Assembly (NCBI GenBank): GCA_019358915.1
Contig: JAHHIM010000006.1
Span: forward strand, 107,340-171,339
Reading direction: 5' to 3'
Length of the DNA stretch: 64,000 nt
Origin: Trichormus sp. ATA11-4-KO1
Lineage (GTDB): Bacteria > Cyanobacteriota > Cyanobacteriia > Cyanobacteriales > Nostocaceae
Shown here piece after piece: positions 1 to 8,473 of this stretch (position 1 is its first letter; each line of letters begins with the position of its first letter). The notes below the pieces were generated by a model that saw only the letters and a list, made by a program, of their open reading frames with translations, ran no database searches and was not told the DNA's origin. A program made the position numbers and the translations under genes.

Positions 1-166
1 CGGCGGTGTCAGTTATCAGTTTTGATTCTAATTGAATCTTGGGTAAAAGATGTTGGCGCAGATAGCTATCGGCACTGGCAAATGAATTAATGGATGTTGT
101 ACAAGCCCAAAGAAAACTCAGGCATACTCCCATAATTAGCCAGGGTGTGAAACGTAATTTTTTCAT
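1..166 (-). CDS. Putative lipoprotein, N-terminal part only (runs off the window edge)
   Basis: Translated by hand from ATG at 166: MKKLRFTPWLIMGVCLSFLWACTTSINSF..., open to position 1. Basic N-terminus, hydrophobic stretch and LWAC lipobox. Starts 6 nt after the stop of the upstream ORF. Confidence 0.7.
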   Translation of the reverse strand, partial: MKKLRFTPWLIMGVCLSFLWACTTSINSFASADSYLRQHLLPKIQLESKLITDTA

Positions 167-172
167 GATTTT

Positions 173-823
173 TTAATTTTCTAAAAGTCCTTTTTCGTTG
201 TCAACAATCAGCATTTGTAATTGTTTAGAAATCAAATTAGGGGCATAGATTGAACGACGTTCTAGGGTTTCCAATGCAATTTGGTCGTGCAATTCCTGAA
301 GTTGGTCATGAGTTTGCTGGAGTCTTTTTCGACTTCTTTGTAACTTTCGTTGTGCCAATTCTTGATAGCGTGGTGTTTGCACTTTTTGAGTAACCTGTAA
401 TGCTTCCACTAGTTGCTCAACCAAATCTAAAACAGTGTGCAAAGTTTCCAGCAGGTCTGGAGTGAAGGTTGATTCTTGTTGAGCAATTTGTTTAGTAATC
501 TGCTGAATAGTTTGAGCTTGTTGCTGTACTGCTATCCATAGAGATAGAGAATTATCAGGAATTTGGTGATTTAAATGGTTGAGATGACTTAAGAAAACAT
601 CAGTTTGCAGTAAATTTGTAGAGGTAACTGAAGGGCTATTTTTTTGGCTTTTGAGTTGCACATACCAGGAAGCGATCGCTAAAACAATAATCACCGCACC
701 GCTAAATAAAACAGTCAAACGTATTCCTAGCCAAAAAACAAAGCCAAAATAACCAATCAATAAACCAGTTAGTAGAATCTGAGTGTGAGTTAGTCGAAAA
801 TAATAACGCTTTAGTTGAGTCAT
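173..823 (-). CDS. Two-TM membrane protein with a long coiled-coil C-terminus (XpaC-like architecture), function unknown
   Basis: ORF 173..877; ATG at 823 (MTQLKRY) is preferred because the degenerate copy at 2742-2850 aligns to this start. Two hydrophobic helices are followed by Q/E/L-rich heptads. Confidence 0.65.
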   Translation of the reverse strand: MTQLKRYYFRLTHTQILLTGLLIGYFGFVFWLGIRLTVLFSGAVIIVLAIASWYVQLKSQKNSPSVTSTNLLQTDVFLSHLNHLNHQIPDNSLSLWIAVQQQAQTIQQITKQIAQQESTFTPDLLETLHTVLDLVEQLVEALQVTQKVQTPRYQELAQRKLQRSRKRLQQTHDQLQELHDQIALETLERRSIYAPNLISKQLQMLIVDNEKGLLEN

Positions 824-880
824 AATTACTTTGTTGATAGTTTTGCGAGTGTCAAAATTGGTCACCGATAAAATCATTGG

Positions 881-983
881 TTATAGCGTTTCCTAATCTG
901 CTGAAGTACTGAGTACCTCGCTAAAAAAATTGGGCAATCTTTGCGTTCCTCTGCGCTACCTTAGCGTCCCTCTGCGTTGAAAA
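881..983 (+). repeat. About 103-bp dispersed repeat, copy 1 (copy 2 inverted at 36061-36164)
   Basis: TTATAGCGTTTCCTAATCTGCTGAAGTACTGA...CTTTGCG...GCGCTACCTTAGCGT...CTCTGCGTT aligns colinearly with the reverse complement of 36061-36164. Confidence 0.85.
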
Positions 984-993
984 TGTACCTCAC

Positions 994-1731
994 TTAAATG
1001 GGAATCGATATCATTTTTCTATGCAAATGCATCACAAAAAGCAATTGCTTTCTATATTGAGAATTAAGCTCCTCTTGTATTTTCTCAATTGCTTCATTTG
1101 CTTTTTGTACTGTTTCTATTTTTCCTTGCTGTTCAAACAATATAGAAGCTTTTTGTAAGTCGGCGATCGCACCTTCTTTATCTTCTAAAAGATAGCGAGT
1201 CAAACCACGAAAATAATGGGCATAAGCAATATTAGGAATAATTGACAAAGCTTTATCAAAATCTGCCTTCGCTGCTTGATATTCATTCAAACTAAAATAG
1301 CCCAATCCTCTACCAATGTATACATAAGGATTGTTAGATTCCATCTTTAAAACTTGGTTAAAATCTGTAATTGCACCCCGATAATCTTGTAAATCCATAC
1401 GATTTAAAGCTCGTTGATAGAGTATAGCGGGATCAGTTTTTAGTTGTTTATTGGTTGAAAAATCATTGCGGTTAACAGTACCGTTTGCGGATAGTTCTCT
1501 AACACTTGGTGATTGTACAACTTGAGCAACAGGTAGATTAGGAGTTTGTCCATAAACAGGGTTAAACATCACAAATTCTCCCATCGCACCCATCAACGGT
1601 AACAATAATTTAATTCCTAGCAAAAGTTTCTTTTTTTGCTGTTTGGGAAAATGAGTTAATTCTTGAAAATGACCTATTCCGCACAGGTGCAAGATATCAG
1701 TCAATAAACTTGCAGAAATTTTATTAGACAT
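994..1731 (-). CDS. Tetratricopeptide repeat protein
   Basis: Three TPR units (LYQRALNRMDLQDYRGAITDFNQVL, VYIGRGLGYFSLNEYQAAKADFDKAL, AHYFRGLTRYLLEDKEGAIADLQKA) preceded by a signal-like hydrophobic segment. Start is uncertain. Confidence 0.85.
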   Translation of the reverse strand: MSNKISASLLTDILHLCGIGHFQELTHFPKQQKKKLLLGIKLLLPLMGAMGEFVMFNPVYGQTPNLPVAQVVQSPSVRELSANGTVNRNDFSTNKQLKTDPAILYQRALNRMDLQDYRGAITDFNQVLKMESNNPYVYIGRGLGYFSLNEYQAAKADFDKALSIIPNIAYAHYFRGLTRYLLEDKEGAIADLQKASILFEQQGKIETVQKANEAIEKIQEELNSQYRKQLLFVMHLHRKMISIPI

Positions 1732-1850
1732 AAGTATAGACTCCTGTTAGTGTTAGGTGACAGCTAATAATTCAATACATTGTTATGTCTTAGTCGCAGT
1801 CCTGGCGGGTTGTGAACTGCTATAATGCCGGGAATATTGTTGATAAATTA

Positions 1851-2474
1851 TTATCGGTAATATCTTTGAAAAAATGCTCGCAACTGCTGCACAATCCATT
1901 GGATAAGAAGAAAAATAAAACCGAGAATGACTCTCATAGGGGCTAGTAGCATAGCCAATGCAAAAAAAGAACCAAGGATTGGTGGAAACCAGTTATATCG
2001 AACTGAAACAATCATTTTTTCTTGAGGATTTTCGATCAATTTGTTAAAGCGATAGTTTAAAGCTTCTAATTCAGGATCGTTGCGACGGGAGTAAGTCTTG
2101 ATTTTGTGATCGCCGAAGGCGGGGCTTTGCCCATCACCACTTTTAGAGCGTAATATGGCAACAAACTCTGTTTGACTTCCGCTTTCTGAGGAGGAATTAC
2201 GAATATCAATATCCATTTTTTGAACATCTTTAATTTCTTGTTTTGATGAGCGCAATAAAGCCTGATATTTAAGTGTGCAATCTATACGCATCAAATCTAT
2301 ATCACGACAAGTAATTTTGCTTGGTTCACCTATCCATAAATTGGAATACAAGTACAATCCATAACTCAATAAAAAACATCCAAGCCAGAAACAAGTAAGT
2401 GAAATACATATCCCCAATAGTATTTTTTCAGCTATCTTTTGACCTTGCGGTGATAATTTGGACATAGTAAGCAA
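1851..2474 (-). CDS. Hypothetical membrane protein (N- and C-terminal TM segments, soluble loop with a Cys pair)
   Basis: 207-aa ORF, hydrophobic at both ends, with ITCR...IDCTL in the loop. Likely ATG start at 2465. Confidence 0.65.
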   Translation of the reverse strand: MLTMSKLSPQGQKIAEKILLGICISLTCFWLGCFLLSYGLYLYSNLWIGEPSKITCRDIDLMRIDCTLKYQALLRSSKQEIKDVQKMDIDIRNSSSESGSQTEFVAILRSKSGDGQSPAFGDHKIKTYSRRNDPELEALNYRFNKLIENPQEKMIVSVRYNWFPPILGSFFALAMLLAPMRVILGFIFLLIQWIVQQLRAFFQRYYR

Positions 2475-2580
2475 AAAGATTATATTGACAGCAAACCTTC
2501 GACAAACGATAAAATCATTTGCACATCTGCAATTAAATTTTGATAATTCTGTTTTTGTGAAGGAATCAGGACAATTGCTT

Positions 2581-2648
2581 TTGATTCTGCTAAAGGTTTA
2601 TCGGTGGATAGGATGAAAACTAACGAAACATTTACATAAGTTTACAAA
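2581..2648 (-). promoter_or_regulatory. Bipartite motif copy A: HLR1-type direct repeat plus CCGATA box, upstream of 1851..2474
   Basis: Plus strand TTGATTCTGCTAAAGGTTTATCGG-N26-TTTACATAAGTTTACAAA. Near-identical boxes with the same spacing occur at 4461-4528. Confidence 0.7.
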
Positions 2649-2741
2649 ATTCTCTACTATGGCAAGATGTAAATAGCACAACTATCTAAAATTGATAAAA
2701 AGCCTGTAGCGTAAACTTTTTGGCTTCCAACTTGTGGTACT

Positions 2742-2824
2742 TCATAGCCAGAAAATAAAGCCAACATAACCAATTAACAAACCAGTTATTAATAACTGAG
2801 TGTAAGAAAACCGTGACTTTTCAT
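2742..2824 (-). pseudogene. Frameshifted, truncated paralog fragment of the 173..823 membrane protein
   Basis: Translates SRFSYTQLLITGLLIGYVGFIFWL*, versus RLTHTQILLTGLLIGYFGFVFWLG in the intact gene. The ATG at 2824 is out of frame by 1 nt. Upstream sequences are also similar. Confidence 0.8.
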
Positions 2825-2886
2825 AAATGTTAATAACTTTGCAAGTAAAATTTGGTGCGTTCAACCAATCGCCCAACACTCACTAG

Positions 2887-3483
2887 CTATTTTTGAAGCG
2901 CCTGCTGAAAAGTCTTGATGGCATCAACATGATTCACCATATTAATGCAATGTAACAACAAATCCAGATCGATCCCTTTGACTTCCTCACTACTGGAAAC
3001 CCTTTCATAATGAAGTCCGTCGCCCTCATAGCGCAGGTGATAAATTTCCAACACACCATCCTCCCAAAACCACACTTCAGGAATCAAGAGCCGCTTGTAT
3101 GCTTCCAGTTTGTTGATCCCACCACTGGTAAACACCACCTCTATCGCCAAATCGGGACGCACTCGACCAGGGGCAAGTTTATAAGATTCATCTGCTTCTC
3201 GCTTGACAGCGCCCGATTCACTTTCTAGGCTCATTGAGCCAGTTGGGGTAAAGTCAAACCCTGCCACAAGCAAGTACAGTTCCAGCAATGCGGCAATTCT
3301 CTTCTTAACTGTTTCGTGTGCTTCTCCTGGCATTCTTCGGATCTCCAATATTCCATCCAGGAAAGACAGGCGATATCCTGGGCGCTCTAGCAACTGCTCA
3401 ACTGCTTTGAATTCTCTCCAGGTCACTCCCTCAAACAACAGGGGTGATTCATGACGGGGTGTAGCGATCGCGGCTGGGGTCAT
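2887..3483 (-). CDS. Uma2 family (DUF820) endonuclease-like protein
   Basis: GVTWREF...LEIRRMPGEAHE...EADESY...PDLAIEV...KLEAYKRLLIPEVWFW, the typical cyanobacterial Uma2 pattern. Confidence 0.9.
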   Translation of the reverse strand: MTPAAIATPRHESPLLFEGVTWREFKAVEQLLERPGYRLSFLDGILEIRRMPGEAHETVKKRIAALLELYLLVAGFDFTPTGSMSLESESGAVKREADESYKLAPGRVRPDLAIEVVFTSGGINKLEAYKRLLIPEVWFWEDGVLEIYHLRYEGDGLHYERVSSSEEVKGIDLDLLLHCINMVNHVDAIKTFQQALQK

Positions 3484-3706
3484 TTGAGTCTCCAGTCTGT
3501 TTCCAGGTGAGCAAATAAAGATGGCGTAGTCGGGCAGTTTGCTTATTTTAACTTCTTTTTTGGTTCAGGGCGTTCACTTACTGCCAATCCCTAATCCTGT
3601 AGTAATTTAACCTTGTTCTGTTACTTTCCTAAGCATTCACTGACACTATCCCATTATCTACTTTTCCACTTTTACATAAATTGACACAACCGATTTTTCT
3701 TCAGAG

Positions 3707-4405
3707 TTAATCAATTAATCCTGCTTCTCTAGCACGAATTTTAGTGACAACTCTGATGTTTTTTCCTTGATTTTTTAATTCTTCGCAATCAATACCTAAA
3801 GCTGCTTGCAGCTGATCCCAGTAGTGGCGTACCATGCGTTCAGATACACAAATATGTGCGGCGATCGCTTTATCTTGTAATCCTTCATCAAAAGCTAGGC
3901 TGAGTAATTTTAATATCTCTGGTTTAAAGTTAAATTCTGAATAAATATCGGTAATCTCTTTGATGTGAGTAAATCCTTTTAACGCCCCATCTACTCTAGA
4001 TAGCATTTCTTTAGCAGGAAGACTTTTATCAGCGATTACAAAGCCTCCTTGATGGATGCTGATTGCAGATTTGATTTGCACAAGTCTTTGAATATAAGTA
4101 CTTTGTACCAGAATATTCAGGTTAGGATATTTATGCATTATTTGTTGTAAGAATTCAATACCTGTAAAAGTCCTTGCTTTCAATCCCAGCTTTTTTGACA
4201 GAAAAATATCCATAATTATCAAATTAGGCTGTGAATTCGAGATTTGATTGAAAGCTTCATCAGCCGTTTGAGCGCTGATAATTTTCATATTTGTATATTG
4301 ACTTTTTAACAATTTAATTGTTCCAGTCAAATAGACATCATAACTATCAACTATAACAACTTGTGGTGATGCCTTTTCTAATAACAATTGACTCATAGTG
4401 ACCAT
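3707..4405 (-). CDS. Response regulator, REC plus LuxR-type HTH
   Basis: VVIVDS, LIIMDI (phospho-acceptor Asp), LVQST and ADKS in the REC domain; C-terminal GLQDKAIAAHICVSERMVRHYW HTH. Confidence 0.88.
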   Translation of the reverse strand: MVTMSQLLLEKASPQVVIVDSYDVYLTGTIKLLKSQYTNMKIISAQTADEAFNQISNSQPNLIIMDIFLSKKLGLKARTFTGIEFLQQIMHKYPNLNILVQSTYIQRLVQIKSAISIHQGGFVIADKSLPAKEMLSRVDGALKGFTHIKEITDIYSEFNFKPEILKLLSLAFDEGLQDKAIAAHICVSERMVRHYWDQLQAALGIDCEELKNQGKNIRVVTKIRAREAGLID

Positions 4406-4460
4406 CTTTTAAGTTAAAAGTAAAAAGGCAAAATCCAGATGAAAGTTTAAAGTTACTTTC

Positions 4461-4528
4461 TTGACTCTGCTAAAGGACTATCGGAGTTTAAAGGCAAAAT
4501 TGTGCAAATTTTTACATAAGTTTACAAA
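4461..4528 (-). promoter_or_regulatory. Bipartite motif copy B upstream of the response regulator
   Basis: TTGACTCTGCTAAAGGACTATCGG-N26-TTTACATAAGTTTACAAA. TTTACATA-AG-TTTACAAA matches the HLR1 consensus (G/T)TTACA(T/A)(T/A)-N2-(G/T)TTACA(T/A)(T/A). Confidence 0.7.
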
Positions 4529-4533
4529 TAAAT

Positions 4534-7233
4534 TTATTGAGGATGAGGACAAGAATCATCTTTTACGAGATCGAACCTCAACTGTTCATTGACAGTGACG
4601 ATTCCCCTCGTGGTAATTTCTCGGCGATCGCCTCTAGCATCAAAACTAATCGATACGCCTTGGCTTGTCGCACTAGATGCTGCTACCCCCTTGATAATTC
4701 CTGTATTCGCCAATTTCTGCCGGATATCTTCTCGAGTTATGGGTGAGTCTGATAGTTTAATGGCTTGCAGTACCGCCTGAACAGCCTCATAAGCCAGGGC
4801 TGTCCGGCGATTTAAATCACCGCCCCAGTATTCGTTGATTTGTTGAGCAAAAGCTTGTGCGCCACATTGTTTTGGATGCCAATCAACCGCCAGGAATAAG
4901 CTATTTACTGTAGCATCTTTAGTCTGATCAATAACTTCTTGGAGGTAGAGGGGATTTGCTGCTAAAACTGGTTTTTTTCTCTCGTTTAATTTGATAATCT
5001 CAATCGCTTTTGCAAATGCTACATTATCATCAGTACCCCCATCTGCTAATACTGCCAGAGCATCTGCATCTTGAACTTGTGGCGGAAGTTGACCAATATC
5101 TAATTTAGGATCTGCAAGATCAAATTCAGCAACTATACTGCCTTTAAATGCTCTAAGTACCAAAATAAATTGCTCTAACAAGTCCTTACTAAATAATTCT
5201 TGAGAGTTGTAAAAAGCAACCACTTTTGGTTGAGGCTTTTTGAGAACCTCAACTAAATACTGCACTAGACTCTGAGCTTCTACTCGACTAGATGAAACAG
5301 TCCTGAAGAATACTTTATATGGGTCACCGCCACAAGCTGGACTGGATGGGAGATTAACAAGGCTGCTGGTAGGAGAAATCACTACAAGCGGGTGTGGTTT
5401 ATGAGAATAGACCTTCAAAGCTGCACAGGTATTGGGAGAGGTGTAGTGTCCTACCACAGCGAGAACGTTGGCATCTTCTTTGAGCATTTTTGCCACTCCT
5501 CTCGCTTGTTCGGTGTTGTTATTATCATTAGCAATCACAACTTGCAAATTAATACCTTGCTGAACCGCTACATCTTGTGCTTGAGCAACTCCAAATACGA
5601 TATCTAACCCAGCATTGAAATTTAGTGGTGCAGCAACAGCAATAGTGTAAATTGGCAAATCTGGGTTTTGGCTATGACGATGCATCACAAAGGCATTATT
5701 GCGAGAAATTAAAACTATGGGGTCTTGTAGTGCTGTAAAAGCTGCTTGGCTGATAGATGGAACCGCTTTATTTTGTTGTGCTAGATGACGCAACTGTTCA
5801 AAAATCTTTGCCGCATCTGCATATTGATTTTGAGAAAATGCTGTAATACCTTGTTGTTTTAATGAAAGATATGGCTCACTTAGTTGTACTTTGCTGTTAG
5901 CAATTGGTTTTTCACCAATACTGATATAGTCGTCTAATGGGGGAAGTGGACTGAGGCAAATTGAGGGAAAAATCTGACATCGGTGCATCGCCACTGGAGT
6001 AGCTACAGCGATGATTCCAGCTAAAACAACCCCCGTCATCAGATAAGGACGAGACAGGTAAGATTGACAACGAGAAAGTAGTGATGGCTCAGGCCACACT
6101 AATTCCGGCTGATTCGGATTCAGGCAAACGGCGGGTAGCCAGGAAGCGGCCGGGAACTCTATTCTTTGTATCGGTTCCAGGCGATCGCGTGCCTCCCGTA
6201 CTGCCCGAAAAAGTGGTATACCTTGAGAAAATTGCTGTAAAAAGTCGAGTAAGAATTGACAAGCAATTTCATCGGGTACAGGTTCTCGCATCACAATCAC
6301 CGCAGGTACTTTCAACCTTGCCAAAAAATCTGCAATCCCTAACCCATCACAAGAATTAAAGATTGCCAACTTTAACCCTCTGGTGACTGCTCTCCTTAAC
6401 CCTTGACGTAAATCATTTAATTTGAAAAAATCGCCATCACCAATTTGTATACCACTGTCTTCAATATTGGTTCTATCACTACAACTATGGCCAGAAAAGA
6501 GCAAGATATCCCAACTGTGATTAAATAACAAATCAGACAATTCTTGATCCGTCGGCTGTGATTTCAGAGTAATTTTTGCCCCCCGCTTTTGCAGGAGGTT
6601 TAATGCTGCTTGATCTTTTTCTAGTTGTAAACCACCATGAGAACTACCGAAAATGGCTAAAACTTTGACTGGTGCTTTCAGGGCAGGGACTTGTTTCGCA
6701 AATCCAGAGAATAATGTAAACTCAGCTTTAGGCAGTTCGGTAAATAAATCCCAAAGATGCCAAGGTAACCTGCGCAGCAGTTCATTGGGATTATGATTGT
6801 GTGTAGGGCATCTGATGATAATGGGGACAGATTGATCGTTGTTGACCCTGATATCTGCGATATCTGCCCGAATGCGATCGCTCAAACGCTCAAATGCTTC
6901 ATTATTAAACCAGCTTTTACAGTATTTTTCTAGGTTTCTCGTGCTTTCTGCCCAGGCTACGTTAGTTACCTGGTCTGGAACAGGTTCGAGTTTCCGGTTA
7001 CCTGGTTTATGTGACCATTTACGAACACGATCTAGTGATATACCTTGCCATTCTTTATACAACTGCGGCATTTCTGGCGCAGCAGGAAGACAAATAAAAT
7101 CCTCATATTCTTTGATAGTTTTAGCATCTTGCAATACCTTCAGCGTCACAGGAAACCCAGCATCGAAGCTACCGCCACTAATCTCCAGTACCACGGCGAC
7201 ATTTTGAGGATGTCTCAAGATAAAGTCAAGCAT
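4534..7233 (-). CDS. CHAT-domain (caspase/HetF-like) protease fused via a TM helix to a periplasmic LivJ-type (PBP type 1) ligand-binding domain
   Basis: LRRLPWHLWDLF, ILLFSGHS (catalytic His), AIFNSCDGLG (catalytic Cys), IVMREPVPD and AVREAR mark the CHAT domain. TM segment LMTGVVLAGIIAVATPVAM. IAVAAPL, NDNN, VLAVVGHYTS, VISPTSS, FFRTVSS and ALAYEAV mark the PBP domain. Confidence 0.9.
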   Translation of the reverse strand: MLDFILRHPQNVAVVLEISGGSFDAGFPVTLKVLQDAKTIKEYEDFICLPAAPEMPQLYKEWQGISLDRVRKWSHKPGNRKLEPVPDQVTNVAWAESTRNLEKYCKSWFNNEAFERLSDRIRADIADIRVNNDQSVPIIIRCPTHNHNPNELLRRLPWHLWDLFTELPKAEFTLFSGFAKQVPALKAPVKVLAIFGSSHGGLQLEKDQAALNLLQKRGAKITLKSQPTDQELSDLLFNHSWDILLFSGHSCSDRTNIEDSGIQIGDGDFFKLNDLRQGLRRAVTRGLKLAIFNSCDGLGIADFLARLKVPAVIVMREPVPDEIACQFLLDFLQQFSQGIPLFRAVREARDRLEPIQRIEFPAASWLPAVCLNPNQPELVWPEPSLLSRCQSYLSRPYLMTGVVLAGIIAVATPVAMHRCQIFPSICLSPLPPLDDYISIGEKPIANSKVQLSEPYLSLKQQGITAFSQNQYADAAKIFEQLRHLAQQNKAVPSISQAAFTALQDPIVLISRNNAFVMHRHSQNPDLPIYTIAVAAPLNFNAGLDIVFGVAQAQDVAVQQGINLQVVIANDNNNTEQARGVAKMLKEDANVLAVVGHYTSPNTCAALKVYSHKPHPLVVISPTSSLVNLPSSPACGGDPYKVFFRTVSSSRVEAQSLVQYLVEVLKKPQPKVVAFYNSQELFSKDLLEQFILVLRAFKGSIVAEFDLADPKLDIGQLPPQVQDADALAVLADGGTDDNVAFAKAIEIIKLNERKKPVLAANPLYLQEVIDQTKDATVNSLFLAVDWHPKQCGAQAFAQQINEYWGGDLNRRTALAYEAVQAVLQAIKLSDSPITREDIRQKLANTGIIKGVAASSATSQGVSISFDARGDRREITTRGIVTVNEQLRFDLVKDDSCPHPQ

Positions 7234-7311
7234 AACAGAGTCAGACTGTGTGGGAGGTAAAGAATTTATGTCTTAGATAAGCACGATTTAGCAAAGCTAG
7301 GCAATAGGCAG

Positions 7312-8433
7312 CTAAACCACAAAACTCTCAGTAAAACTGGCATTTTGGAGAACAACACTGACACTGAAGCGATCGCCTGGGTCAGCTGTAAACTTAAATT
7401 GTATATAGTCGTCTTGTGGACGTATTTCTACTTCAAAAAAGGAATTTCCGGTTTCGTCCAACCCGATTAATTTCAATCCTGATGGTAGCGAAGACGGTTT
7501 TTCTAGTTGATACAATCGCAAGAGAATTAACACTCTATTATCTAACTTGGGCAAAATACCCACCATCAGTAAGACAGGATATCCCAGCAGGTAAATGCCT
7601 AAATCTTTCCCACTGATTACCGGAGAGGCGGGATGTTGGGGATTAAGTTCCCACAGAACTTCAGCCGCTTGCCAACGAATTTCGTCATCTTGAGTAGTTT
7701 GGATGAGATTTTCCAAAGCTGCTGGGAAATCCAGGTTAACTGAAATGGGTTGTACCAAATTACGCGTATGTCGGCGATAGAGTTGTTCAACTCGTTGGCG
7801 AATGGGGTCATTACTGCGTTGTAGTTGCATCTGTGACCCACAAAATTTTAAAGTTGCTTTTTGGATATTATTCAGTAAATCTTTTGGGGGTTGCCAATCG
7901 GATTCAAATATGCGTTTGCGCCATTCTTGCAGTTGGACAATTGGTTGTGGCGATCGCTCTGAGGTCAAATGCTCTAGAAATACATCAAGTGGTTGAAAAT
8001 AACTGCGTGGTAATTCCGACACTGAGACGGATTCTACAAATCCTACAATTTGTCCCTCTTGGTAAGGTTCATCGAGTTGAATGATGACGTAGCCAATGCG
8101 TTCTGACCAAACTTCTGCGGGAATTAGACATTTGCGATCGCCTTGACGTAGGGAACGACACTCTAAAAAGCCTGACAATGCTGGAATATATAAATCAGCA
8201 ACGTTTTCTAACAGACGTTCTAGAGGATTCCAACTATGACTAACTTCTAAATCGGTATCAATTCCCAACAGTTGCAAACAACGCTGAGTCACCAACACAG
8301 CTAAGGTATTCCGATAAACTTGCTCTGATCGTTTTGGGGTTGGCTGTTGTTGAGCAAACTGATAGGCTTGTTGGCGATCGCTAGCTGTAATGGGAATAGC
8401 AATCGGGGTGAATTTTGTAGCGGTATCAATCAT
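7312..8433 (-). CDS. DUF1822 family protein (candidate anti-sigma factor / protease substrate)
   Basis: AYQFAQQQ...QVYRNTLAV...LGIDTDLEVSHSWNP...ADLYIP...LECR...IPAEVWSERIGYV...LPSGLKL...DDYIQFKF...GDRFSV signature, with a HEAT-like internal segment (DDEIRWQAAEVL). Alternative TTG start at 8445. Confidence 0.88.
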   Translation of the reverse strand: MIDTATKFTPIAIPITASDRQQAYQFAQQQPTPKRSEQVYRNTLAVLVTQRCLQLLGIDTDLEVSHSWNPLERLLENVADLYIPALSGFLECRSLRQGDRKCLIPAEVWSERIGYVIIQLDEPYQEGQIVGFVESVSVSELPRSYFQPLDVFLEHLTSERSPQPIVQLQEWRKRIFESDWQPPKDLLNNIQKATLKFCGSQMQLQRSNDPIRQRVEQLYRRHTRNLVQPISVNLDFPAALENLIQTTQDDEIRWQAAEVLWELNPQHPASPVISGKDLGIYLLGYPVLLMVGILPKLDNRVLILLRLYQLEKPSSLPSGLKLIGLDETGNSFFEVEIRPQDDYIQFKFTADPGDRFSVSVVLQNASFTESFVV

Positions 8434-8473
8434 GATTCGTATCAAAGAAAATATCTGGAAACTTTAGAGGACA

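Noticed and set aside
1844..1890. Fourth copy of the CCGATA motif upstream of the TPR gene (TAAATTATTATCGG)
   Set aside because: There is no TTTACA box 26-27 nt away and it overlaps a stop codon, so it is probably chance.
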